A stretch of 64,000 bases of DNA, from contig CBFIGE010000008.1 of NCBI GenBank assembly GCA_965662045.1, positions 33,291 to 97,290 of the forward strand, written 5' to 3'. Each line of letters begins with the position of its first letter. The stretch's first letter is position 1. Below are positions 41,697-50,295 of this stretch, piece after piece. Position numbers and translations under genes: made by a program. The stretch comes from Flavobacteriaceae bacterium. Lineage in GTDB: Bacteria; Bacteroidota; Bacteroidia; Flavobacteriales; Flavobacteriaceae. The notes under the pieces were generated by a model. That model was not told the origin of the DNA, did no database searches, and worked only from the letters and a program-made list of their open reading frames with translations.

Positions 41697-41948
41697 TTAA
41701 TATCTAATTTGATCTTCATCTAAAGCATCATAAGAGCGTTTGTCAACCTTTAAAGTACTTGTATCCTGCGTCAAAGAATTGACCTTATAAGATATAACAT
41801 CTTTTGAGCGCACCTTGTGCTTTATTAAAAAATCCCTAATCGCTTGCCTGATGAACAAAGAAACATTTTCACCTTGATTTTCAGCCAAGTGCTTCATTTG
41901 TAAATAATCTTCAGTATTTAAATACAAATTGACACGTGTTTTTTTCAT
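41697..41948 (-). CDS. ribbon-helix-helix (CopG/antitoxin-like) protein, orphan
   Basis: 83 aa. The N-terminal TRVNLYLNTEDYLQMKHLAENQGENVSLFIRQAIRDFL fits a beta-strand / helix / helix RHH layout. No partner gene is adjacent. Confidence 0.55.
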   Translation of the reverse strand: MKKTRVNLYLNTEDYLQMKHLAENQGENVSLFIRQAIRDFLIKHKVRSKDVISYKVNSLTQDTSTLKVDKRSYDALDEDQIRY

Positions 41949-42309
41949 TTATACGCTGTTTACAATAATTAACGTACAACGTGATATTTTAGTATGACTA
42001 AAGGACATAAAAACATTACATGACATACAGATATTCATCACAAGAAATAAACAGGTTCTTCACAACGCGAGTATTAATGCCATCCAGATTTACGATCATA
42101 AAGTGACAGTAAAAACGTATCTCTAATCCACCATCAAAGGCATTTATTTCATATCGTTCTTAACTTATTGATTAAAGTTTAGGTTTTACAGTATTCAAGT
42201 TGGAATAAAGAAAAAAGTGAGCAATATGATTACCACTCTAAAACAAGTATAAGATGCATCTCATCTAATTCTTCGTCAACATGGCAATGTTTTATGGTAT
42301 TTTGAATCC

Positions 42310-42480
42310 ATGGAAGGAGAAATTATATCAAACATTTCTGATCTCGAGTTGGTCAAAGAATACAGAGCACTCGTGGACAATCTTACAGATCTAGAACGCT
42401 TGTTCATCTCTATTATCTTTATAAGTAGTGTTTATGTTCTCTCAAGAATTGTAGATAAATACAGAAGAAAGAAGTCTTGA
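42310..42480 (+). CDS. 56-aa tail-anchored small membrane protein, hypothetical (below the track cutoff)
   Basis: My own translation: MEGEIISNISDLELVKEYRALVDNLTDLERLFISIIFISSVYVLSRIVDKYRRKKS. An amphipathic N-terminus is followed by one TM and a basic tail. Confidence 0.3.
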   Translation: MEGEIISNISDLELVKEYRALVDNLTDLERLFISIIFISSVYVLSRIVDKYRRKKS

Positions 42481-42629
42481 ATAATTTAAAATAAAAATGG
42501 TTGTCATTCAATCCTAGAGAGCAGCAAGCTTTAGCTTGATTCGATTGAACCATTTGATTTCAAATTTTATTGATAAATCAATAAATAATATCATATCCAA
42601 ACATAAAATATGAGGGGAATCCACAAAAA

Positions 42630-42660
42630 AACCCCTAGCGCTAACTAGAGGATTTAGTTT
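42630..42660. terminator. hairpin flanked by an A-run and a T-rich tract (possible bidirectional terminator)
   Basis: AAAAAAA-CCCCTAG-cgctaa-CTAGAGG-ATTTAGTTTTT. On the minus strand the stem is followed by TTTTTTTT. Confidence 0.5.
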
Positions 42661-42901
42661 TTCTGATACTTGAGTTTATATCAGACTTCTTTCGTTCATC
42701 AGTCTTCTTTCTTTTTTTTCTTTGACTTCTTAAATACTCTGCCTGTAAATCAAGGTAGTTTTTAAACATTGCTTTCAAGTTTTGTAGTTATTATTGATAA
42801 AACGAAAAGATTTAATTTTATTTCATTTAGAAAGTAAATAATGTGATGTTTCATAATTCTCCTCGTAAATCAATTGTACTCTTTGCAAATAAATCCTGGC
42901 A

Positions 42902-43195
42902 TTATAGATAGCTCTCGTAGTCGATTTCCATAAAATCATCGACTTCTGGAATCCAATGTTTTTGGACAAAGTCATTATGCTCAGGATGATTGTTATAACA
43001 ATCGTAATCTGCTTGATTATCAAATTCCATCGACAAGCCAAAATCAAACTTATTCTTAGAGCTGACCTGCCTTAAGCATTCAAATTTTTTAACAGTTGAG
43101 ATAGATGATAATTTATTGGCAAGTTTAAGGAATGTCTGTTCTTGCTCAGAACCTTTTTCGTGTTTTAAGCAAAAAATCACTGTATGTCTAATCAT
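42902..43195 (-). CDS. Dabb (stress-responsive alpha/beta barrel) family protein
   Basis: 97 aa. MIRHTVIFCLKH and Y..HP.H..F......P......EIDY match the Dabb pattern. Confidence 0.8.
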   Translation of the reverse strand: MIRHTVIFCLKHEKGSEQEQTFLKLANKLSSISTVKKFECLRQVSSKNKFDFGLSMEFDNQADYDCYNNHPEHNDFVQKHWIPEVDDFMEIDYESYL

Positions 43196-43473
43196 TTTTA
43201 TTTTCCTGCATTATCTACTATTGAAAAGATAAGTTTAGAGTAAAAAAAACAATAAAATAGAAAAAAGCATAATTAAATACCAGTATCCAGTAATTAATAC
43301 CGTAGTTAATCGAGTAGGTTCAATATCATGCCCTCAAAAAACAGAATAAATTTTTAGAGGTATAAACGATCACCTATCAACTTACCTTAATCTTATTTTT
43401 AGCTCAGGCGCAAAAAAGATTTTTAATTTTTTCAAAAAGTTGAAATGAATATATCACAACTAGATCAATAATT

Positions 43474-43495
43474 TAGACGTTAAATAGACGTTAAA
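43474..43495 (+). promoter_or_regulatory. perfect tandem 11-bp direct repeat (TAGACGTTAAA x2) in the htrA promoter
   Basis: Units at 43474-43484 and 43485-43495. A TAnnTTTG-type -7 box (TATTTTTG) sits at 43522-43529 and the htrA ATG at 43546, so the repeat covers the expected -33 region. Confidence 0.4.
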
Positions 43496-43545
43496 ACCTT
43501 TAAAATGCATTTTCAAAAATTTATTTTTGGGTAAAAATTAATTGA

Positions 43546-44943
43546 ATGAAAAAAGTTACTATTTTCTTTACCTCACTTCTTTCTGCTATTTTGGCTGTTT
43601 TTCTTTATGCTCAATTTTCTAAAAATGAGATGCCTTCAGCAGTGACCGAGAGAAACATCCAACCTGTTTTTCAAAATGTTAACCTTACAAAATCGTCATC
43701 AGAAGTTTTAGGCGATTTCACTAATGCCGCAAAAAAAACAATTAACGCGGTAGTTCATGTCACAAACTTTCAAGAGCGTTCGGGTTTTAGTCTGTTTGAC
43801 TTTATGTACGGATCGCAGAATGGTGGTTATCAAAATGAAATTGAAGCTGGAACAGGTTCAGGTGTGATTATTTCTCCCGACGGTTACATCGTAACGAATA
43901 CTCATGTTATTAAAAATTCAAGTAACCTAAATGTGACTCTCAACAATAAAAAATCATACAAAGCGAGTGTGGTAGGTTCAGATGCAGAGTTTGATATCGC
44001 CCTTATCAAAATCGAGACCCAAGACGATCTTCCCTTTTTAGCTTTTGGAAATTCTGACTCTGCACAAATAGGTGAATGGGTTTTGGCTGTAGGAAATCCA
44101 TTTAATTTGACCTCAACAGTCACTGCAGGCATTATCTCTGCCAAAGCAAGATCTTTATCCGAACGCAATCCCCAGTCATTTATACAAACCGATGCTGCTA
44201 TTAACCCAGGAAACAGCGGAGGTGCACTTGTGAACACTAACGGTGATCTTATCGGAATTAATACCGCAATTAGTTCTAGAACTGGGAGTTACGTTGGATA
44301 CTCTTTCGCAGTACCCTCAAATATTGCCAAAAAAGTAGTTGAAGATCTTTTGGAGTATGGAAAAGTTCAAAAAGGTATTCTCGGTATTTCAACCATGAAT
44401 GAAAATAGTTCCGAAGCAATTGAACTTGGTCTTGACCAAATTGAAGGCGTTTATGTAGCCAATGTAGCTGAAGATTCTGGAGCTGAAAGAGCTGGAATCA
44501 AAAAAGGTGATGTCATTAAAAAGGTCAATGGCGTTAAAATTGGAAAGTTCAGTGCACTTGTTGGATACTTATCTTCAAAAAGACCGGGTGAAAAAGTAAC
44601 AGTGGCTGTAGATAGAGATGGAGCATTTCTCGAATTCGATGTAGAACTCAGTAAGCTCATGACTGTGGATTTGCGCAACTTAGGTCTTCGAGTAAGAGAT
44701 TTGACCGAAGATGATCAAAAAAATTACAAGAGAAAAACAGGTGTTAAAATTGTCGCAGCCTCACAGTCATACAGAAATTACAATTTAGAAGGAAAGCTTC
44801 TTATAGCAATTAACGACAATGAAATCAAAGACATTAATGACGCAGAAGAACGCAGTAATAATCTTAGAAGAAATAAAAATTATTACACGGCCCTAACTTT
44901 GATTGACCAGAACGGAGAGAAAGAACGTATTTTATTCGACTAA
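43546..44943 (+). CDS. htrA: Do/HtrA/DegP-family periplasmic serine protease with PDZ domains
   Basis: 465 aa. Signal anchor, catalytic triad contexts VTNTHV, DIALIK and GNSGGAL, then two PDZ-like regions. Confidence 0.9.
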   Translation: MKKVTIFFTSLLSAILAVFLYAQFSKNEMPSAVTERNIQPVFQNVNLTKSSSEVLGDFTNAAKKTINAVVHVTNFQERSGFSLFDFMYGSQNGGYQNEIEAGTGSGVIISPDGYIVTNTHVIKNSSNLNVTLNNKKSYKASVVGSDAEFDIALIKIETQDDLPFLAFGNSDSAQIGEWVLAVGNPFNLTSTVTAGIISAKARSLSERNPQSFIQTDAAINPGNSGGALVNTNGDLIGINTAISSRTGSYVGYSFAVPSNIAKKVVEDLLEYGKVQKGILGISTMNENSSEAIELGLDQIEGVYVANVAEDSGAERAGIKKGDVIKKVNGVKIGKFSALVGYLSSKRPGEKVTVAVDRDGAFLEFDVELSKLMTVDLRNLGLRVRDLTEDDQKNYKRKTGVKIVAASQSYRNYNLEGKLLIAINDNEIKDINDAEERSNNLRRNKNYYTALTLIDQNGEKERILFD

Positions 44944-44975
44944 GATTTAATACTTTAGCTATACAAACATTCATT

Positions 44976-45584
44976 TTGAAAACATCACCGGTATTATTTG
45001 TATTTTTTTGGTTATTGAGCAGCAGTATTTTTGGTCAAATAAATATTGAGCAAACCTATCTTGAGGCCTCAGAATATGCACAACCGGCCGCAATAGTTGA
45101 TAGCTTGACCAGTCTTAGCAGTAGTTGGACCAACGAAAATGGTCAAGAATATTTCTTTTTTAAAAGATCCGAATTTGAATCTTTGACCTCTAAGATGAAA
45201 GTGAATTTAGTACTAGGAGAACAATCCTCTCTTAAAACTCAAGAACTTCAACAAGCTTTAAAAGTTATACAGGACAGCTTAAACTACATACGTCAAGAAG
45301 TCCAAGCAGAAAAAGACAAGGAATTCAAAAAGATTATGTTTTTTGGACAGGACGTCTCAAAATCATCTTTAACTATTATAGCCTATAGCCTTATAGTTCT
45401 TCTTTTTCTGAGTGCTTTTTATATGTACTACTCAAATGAGCTTAAGAAAAAATATATTCAGCGTATCCAAAATGGCAAAAAGCAGGTAGAAGTTGACTTT
45501 GAACAACATAAAAAATGGGCACTCGAAAAAGAAAAAGAGTTAACACAAGAATTATTTAAAGAAAAGCGCAAAAAGAAATCATGA
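44976..45584 (+). CDS. hypothetical protein (signal peptide, coiled coil, one TM)
   Basis: 202 aa. TTG start. No recognisable family. Confidence 0.5.
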   Translation: MKTSPVLFVFFWLLSSSIFGQINIEQTYLEASEYAQPAAIVDSLTSLSSSWTNENGQEYFFFKRSEFESLTSKMKVNLVLGEQSSLKTQELQQALKVIQDSLNYIRQEVQAEKDKEFKKIMFFGQDVSKSSLTIIAYSLIVLLFLSAFYMYYSNELKKKYIQRIQNGKKQVEVDFEQHKKWALEKEKELTQELFKEKRKKKS

Positions 45585-46024
45585 TCGGCATCAGACCAGG
45601 AAATTTGGATCTCATTGATCAAATGTCTGATTTATTTAATCAATATCGAATTTTTTACGGTCAAAAAGACGATCTAAAAAAAGCCAAGAATTTTCTTTTA
45701 GAGAGAATTAGCTCGAAAGACTCTATCATTTTTTTAGGGAGTTATCAAGACAAGCTTGTAGGATTCTTGCAACTCTACCCCTCTTTTAGTTCTGTCAGTC
45801 TGCAATCAATTTATATTTTAAACGACTTATATGTTCATTCAGAATACCGAAATAAAGGAATAGCTTCAGCACTGATCAATGAGGCCAAATCCATTTGTAA
45901 AACAGAAAAAAACGGAGGATTACAGCTTGAAACTTCTAAAATGAATAGAGCTAATCAACTATATAAAAAAACAGGATTTAATCTTATCGAACATACAAAT
46001 TTTTACAATTGGTCAGTTCAATAA
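45581..46024 (+). CDS. GNAT family N-acetyltransferase
   Basis: 147 aa. YRNKGIASALINEA motif and Y.KTGF. Confidence 0.75.
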   Translation: MIGIRPGNLDLIDQMSDLFNQYRIFYGQKDDLKKAKNFLLERISSKDSIIFLGSYQDKLVGFLQLYPSFSSVSLQSIYILNDLYVHSEYRNKGIASALINEAKSICKTEKNGGLQLETSKMNRANQLYKKTGFNLIEHTNFYNWSVQ

Positions 46025-46034
46025 AACTTGATGC

Positions 46035-46715
46035 ATGAGAATAGATATTATTTCTGCGGCACCAGAACTTTTACAAGGCCCTTTTTCGGCCTCTATAGTG
46101 GCTAGAGCTCTAAAGGCTAAGCTGGCAGAAATACATATTCACGATTTACGTGAATACGGCTCGGGAAATTACAGACAAATTGATGATTATCAATTTGGTG
46201 GTGGAGCTGGTATGGTTTTAATGGCAGAACCCTTAGATCAACTGCTCACCAAATTACATCAAGATCGAAGCTATAACGAGGTTATTTATTTAACTCCTGA
46301 TGGAGAAAAATGGAATCAGTCTAGCGCTAATCGTCAATCGCTGCAAAAAAACTTACTTTTTGTTTGCGGACATTACAAGGGTATTGATCAAAGAATTAGA
46401 GATTTATGGATCACAAAAGAAGTATCAGTTGGTGATTATGTGCTTTCAGGTGGAGAAATAGCAGCATGTGTATTAGCCGATAGTATTATAAGATTGATTC
46501 CCGGCGTTCTTAATGATTCAACCTCTGCGCTTGAAGACTCTTTTCAAAATAGGTTATTGGCACCTCCCGTATACACTAGACCTTCCAATTTTAAAGGACA
46601 TGAAGTTCCCAAAGTTTTACTAAGTGGTAATTTCAAAGAAATTGAAAATTGGAGAGATGAAAAGTCTTTGGAAATTACCAGAAACAAAAGGCCTGATTTA
46701 CTTGAAGGAGAATAA
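46035..46715 (+). CDS. trmD: tRNA (guanine37-N1)-methyltransferase
   Basis: 226 aa. Motifs DDYQFGGGAGMV, CGHYKGIDQR and GDYVLSGGE. Confidence 0.95.
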   Translation: MRIDIISAAPELLQGPFSASIVARALKAKLAEIHIHDLREYGSGNYRQIDDYQFGGGAGMVLMAEPLDQLLTKLHQDRSYNEVIYLTPDGEKWNQSSANRQSLQKNLLFVCGHYKGIDQRIRDLWITKEVSVGDYVLSGGEIAACVLADSIIRLIPGVLNDSTSALEDSFQNRLLAPPVYTRPSNFKGHEVPKVLLSGNFKEIENWRDEKSLEITRNKRPDLLEGE

Positions 46716-46784
46716 TTTTTTAGAAATTTTGACATTGTCAATTCAAAATAAAAAACTACTTTTGCGGTCAATAAAAATTAAAGA

Positions 46785-47135
46785 ATGGACGCTCTTATTA
46801 AGTACGTAGAGGATCAACACGTTGAAAAGAAAGATTTTCCTGAGTTTAATTCAGGAGACACCATAACGATATACTACGAGATCAAGGAAGGTGACAAAAC
46901 AAGAACACAGTTTTTTAAAGGAGTCGTCATTCAAAAAAGAGGAAGTGGATCAACCCAAACATTTACCATTCGTAAAATGTCAGGTACCGTTGGAGTTGAG
47001 CGTATATTTCCAGTAAACATGCCTGCACTTCAAAAAATTGAGGTCAACAAAAAAGGAAAAGTAAGAAGATCGAGAATTTTCTATTTCAGAGGATTAACTG
47101 GTAAAAAAGCACGTATAAAAGAAATAAGAGGTTAA
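46785..47135 (+). CDS. rplS: 50S ribosomal protein L19
   Basis: 116 aa. F..GD.I......EG.K.R.Q.F.GVVI and TFT.RK...GVGVERIFP. Confidence 0.97.
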   Translation: MDALIKYVEDQHVEKKDFPEFNSGDTITIYYEIKEGDKTRTQFFKGVVIQKRGSGSTQTFTIRKMSGTVGVERIFPVNMPALQKIEVNKKGKVRRSRIFYFRGLTGKKARIKEIRG

Positions 47136-47160
47136 AGCCTTCTTCATAAGAATAATCTTA

Positions 47161-47198
47161 AAGCCTTGAAGTGTATTTTCATTTCAAGGCTTTTTTTT
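47161..47198 (+). terminator. rho-independent terminator after rplS
   Basis: AAGCCTTGAA-gtgtattttcat-TTCAAGGCTT followed by TTTTTTT. Confidence 0.8.
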
Positions 47199-47254
47199 GA
47201 GTTGTATCTTTGCACAGCCAAAGAACAATTTATTCCAACAAAACACACAAACTA

Positions 47255-49480
47255 ATGACAAAAATATTTTATACCAAAACTGACGAAGCACCTGCATTAG
47301 CAACACAGTCATTATTGCCTATAATTAAATCTTTTACCGCTTCTTCTGGAATTACCTTTGAATTGAAAGACATCTCATTGGCAGGACGAATATTGGCGTC
47401 ATTTTTCTCTTTTTTAAAACCTCACCAACAAATTGAAAATGCATTAGATCAGCTTGGACAAATTGCAAAAACACCGGAAGCCAATATCATTAAGTTACCA
47501 AATATTAGTGCCTCTATTCCTCAATTAAAAGCAGCCATAAAAGAACTTCAATCAAAAGGTTATCAGCTGCCAGATTATCCAGACCAACCTTTGACAGGTG
47601 AACAAAAAGAAATTAAATCGATTTATGACAAAATTAAGGGAAGCGCTGTAAACCCAGTCTTAAGAGAGGGTAATTCAGATCGTAGGGCACCAAAAGCAGT
47701 GAAAAATTTTGCCAAAAAACACCCACACAGCATGGGTGAATGGAGTGTCAATTCAAAAACTAAGGTTTTGACAATGGGAAGTGATGATTTTCGCTCTAAC
47801 GAAAAATCAGTGACAACTACCAAGGAGACCTCGATAAAAATAATTCTCAAGACCTCATCAAGAAGCAAAGAGATTATACTGAAAGATGCTATAGCACTTC
47901 AAAAAGGAGAGATTATTGATGCAACAGTAATGCGTAAAGGCGCCTTAATGACATTCTTTAAGGAGGCATTTCAAGAAGCTAAAGCCTCTGATATTTTGCT
48001 TTCTCTTCATATGAAAGCGACTATGATGAAGGTTTCTGATCCAATTATTTTTGGCCATGCCATATATGTCTACTTCAATGAAGTATTTAACAAGTACAAA
48101 GAAGAATTTGATGATATTGGTTTAAATCCTAATGAGGGTCTCAATGCAATGCTCAACCGCATACAAACCATACAAGATATTCAAACGAAAGCAAGTATTT
48201 TAAAGGATATTGAAAGTACCCTCGAAAATCAAGCTGATTTGGCGATGGTAAATTCAGACAAAGGCATCACTAACTTTCATGTACCATCTGACATTATTAT
48301 CGATGCATCCATGCCCGCTATGATAAGGAATTCTGGCAAAATGTGGGATAAAGCGGGGAATGAACAAGACACTATTGCCGTAATTCCAGATAGTAGTTAC
48401 GCCGGCATTTATCAGGCTACCATTGACTTTTGTAAAAAACACGGAGCCTTTGATCCTCAAACCATGGGAACTGTGCCTAACATTGGCTTAATGGCACAAA
48501 AAGCTGAAGAATATGGATCACATGACAAAACATTTGAAATTCCGGAGGAAGGCGAAGTTCAAGTAGTTAACAATCAATCAGGAGAAATTTTAATTTCACA
48601 CCAGGTTGAGCAAGGTGATATTTGGAGAATGTGTCAAGTAAAAGATGCTCCTATCAAAAATTGGATCGAACTTGCCATTAAGAGATCGACTTTAAGTGAA
48701 ACTCCTGCCGTTTTCTGGTTAGACGAAAACAGAGCTCACGATCAAGAATTAATTAAAAAAATCGCAGATTATAAAAGTAAAATTGAAGCCGCCTCGGTGG
48801 ATATTCAAACCATGTCACCAATAAAAGCTACCGAATATACATTGGAAAGGCTGCGAAAAGGAGAAAACACAATTTCCGTGACAGGAAATGTACTAAGAGA
48901 TTATCTCACAGATTTATTTCCCATTTTAGAACTTGGTACTTCTGCTAAAATGCTTTCAATTGTACCCTTAATGAATGGAGGAGGTTTGTTTGAAACTGGA
49001 GCTGGAGGGTCTGCACCCAAACACGTAGAACAATTTTTGTCTGAAGGACATTTGCGATGGGATTCTTTAGGAGAATTTTTAGCTTTAGAAGTAGCTCTTG
49101 AACATGAAGCTCTTAAAAACAATGACCAACGACTTAGTGTTTTGTCTGAAACTTTAGGCAACGCCATTGAAAAATTACTAGAAAACAACAAAAGCCCCCA
49201 AAGAAATGTGGGAGAATTAGACAACCGAGGTTCTCACTTTTATCTAGCGTTATTCTGGGCAGAAGCTTTAGTCAATCAAAATAGAGATGGTAGCTTGAGC
49301 AATGAATTCAAAGAAGTATTTAGCAATTTATCTCAGAATGAAAAGGAAATCATGAACCAAATTAATGCCGCACAAGGACAGAATTGTTCTATCGAAGGTT
49401 ATTATTGGCCAATAAATGATAAAACCAGAAATTTCATGCGCCCTAGTGCTTTGTTCAATGAGATTATTGACCATATGTAA
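47255..49480 (+). CDS. icd: monomeric NADP-dependent isocitrate dehydrogenase
   Basis: Track ORF 47210..49480. The ATG at 47255 gives [17 protein letters not shown], the typical monomeric-IDH N-terminus. At about 740 aa the size fits the monomeric class. Confidence 0.92.
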   Translation: MTKIFYTKTDEAPALATQSLLPIIKSFTASSGITFELKDISLAGRILASFFSFLKPHQQIENALDQLGQIAKTPEANIIKLPNISASIPQLKAAIKELQSKGYQLPDYPDQPLTGEQKEIKSIYDKIKGSAVNPVLREGNSDRRAPKAVKNFAKKHPHSMGEWSVNSKTKVLTMGSDDFRSNEKSVTTTKETSIKIILKTSSRSKEIILKDAIALQKGEIIDATVMRKGALMTFFKEAFQEAKASDILLSLHMKATMMKVSDPIIFGHAIYVYFNEVFNKYKEEFDDIGLNPNEGLNAMLNRIQTIQDIQTKASILKDIESTLENQADLAMVNSDKGITNFHVPSDIIIDASMPAMIRNSGKMWDKAGNEQDTIAVIPDSSYAGIYQATIDFCKKHGAFDPQTMGTVPNIGLMAQKAEEYGSHDKTFEIPEEGEVQVVNNQSGEILISHQVEQGDIWRMCQVKDAPIKNWIELAIKRSTLSETPAVFWLDENRAHDQELIKKIADYKSKIEAASVDIQTMSPIKATEYTLERLRKGENTISVTGNVLRDYLTDLFPILELGTSAKMLSIVPLMNGGGLFETGAGGSAPKHVEQFLSEGHLRWDSLGEFLALEVALEHEALKNNDQRLSVLSETLGNAIEKLLENNKSPQRNVGELDNRGSHFYLALFWAEALVNQNRDGSLSNEFKEVFSNLSQNEKEIMNQINAAQGQNCSIEGYYWPINDKTRNFMRPSALFNEIIDHM

Positions 49481-49485
49481 TAATT

Positions 49486-50295
49486 ATGAAATCGTTTAAA
49501 TACATATTCTACTTGTTTCTAATAATGGCCTGTGAAGAAGTTATTGAAATTGATCTTCCAAACACAAATCCGGCCTTGGTTGTTGACGGATTTATTAAAA
49601 TTTCAAAAGAAAACGCTAGTGTAGAAAGTGGAATTATACTGTCAAAAACCAATGGATTTTACGACAGCACTATAGAATATGTAACTAGTGCAACAGTCCG
49701 TATTATTGACATTGTTCAAAACTCCTCGTATGAAATTACTCAGTCGAGTTCAGGAGTTTACGACTTAGGCTTCCCTGAATTCGAAGTAGACAAAGAATAC
49801 GAATTGCAAATTATTTATGAAGGAGAAGAATATAGCTCTACCTCTACTTACGTGCCCTCAGCTTTAATTAATGACATCGAAAATAATGGAGTGAGTTTGT
49901 TTGGTGAAGAACAAACACTGTTAATTGTAAATTTGACCAATCCACCGAAAGAAAGAAATTTTTATTTAGCCGATTTTTCATTTGGAAATTTAGCAGTTAT
50001 ACAAGATGAATTTTACGAAAATCAAGAAGTTGCTTTTCCTTATTTCTTAGAACAAAAAGATTTAACCGAACTTGAAGTTCAAATCGTTGGTATAGATAGG
50101 AATTTCTTCATTTACCTTTCTCAACTTATAGATCAATCCTCAGATAATGGAAATTCAAGAGGAAATCCTTTTGGAACTCCACCTTCAGAATTAACAGGCA
50201 ACATTCGTAACAACACTAGGCCTAATCAGCAAGTATACGGTTACTTTTCGATTAGTCAATTTGATGCTGAAATCATAGAATTTACCACCGAATGA
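49486..50295 (+). CDS. DUF4249-like lipoprotein
   Basis: 269 aa. Lipobox IMAC, then IEIDLP....LVVDGFI, typical of DUF4249. Overlaps the TonB receptor start by 4 nt. Confidence 0.55.
   Translation: MKSFKYIFYLFLIMACEEVIEIDLPNTNPALVVDGFIKISKENASVESGIILSKTNGFYDSTIEYVTSATVRIIDIVQNSSYEITQSSSGVYDLGFPEFEVDKEYELQIIYEGEEYSSTSTYVPSALINDIENNGVSLFGEEQTLLIVNLTNPPKERNFYLADFSFGNLAVIQDEFYENQEVAFPYFLEQKDLTELEVQIVGIDRNFFIYLSQLIDQSSDNGNSRGNPFGTPPSELTGNIRNNTRPNQQVYGYFSISQFDAEIIEFTTE

Noticed and set aside
42823-43047. 74-aa minus-strand ORF
   Set aside because: It overlaps the Dabb-family gene (42902..43195) out of frame, and the Dabb frame has a clear family match.
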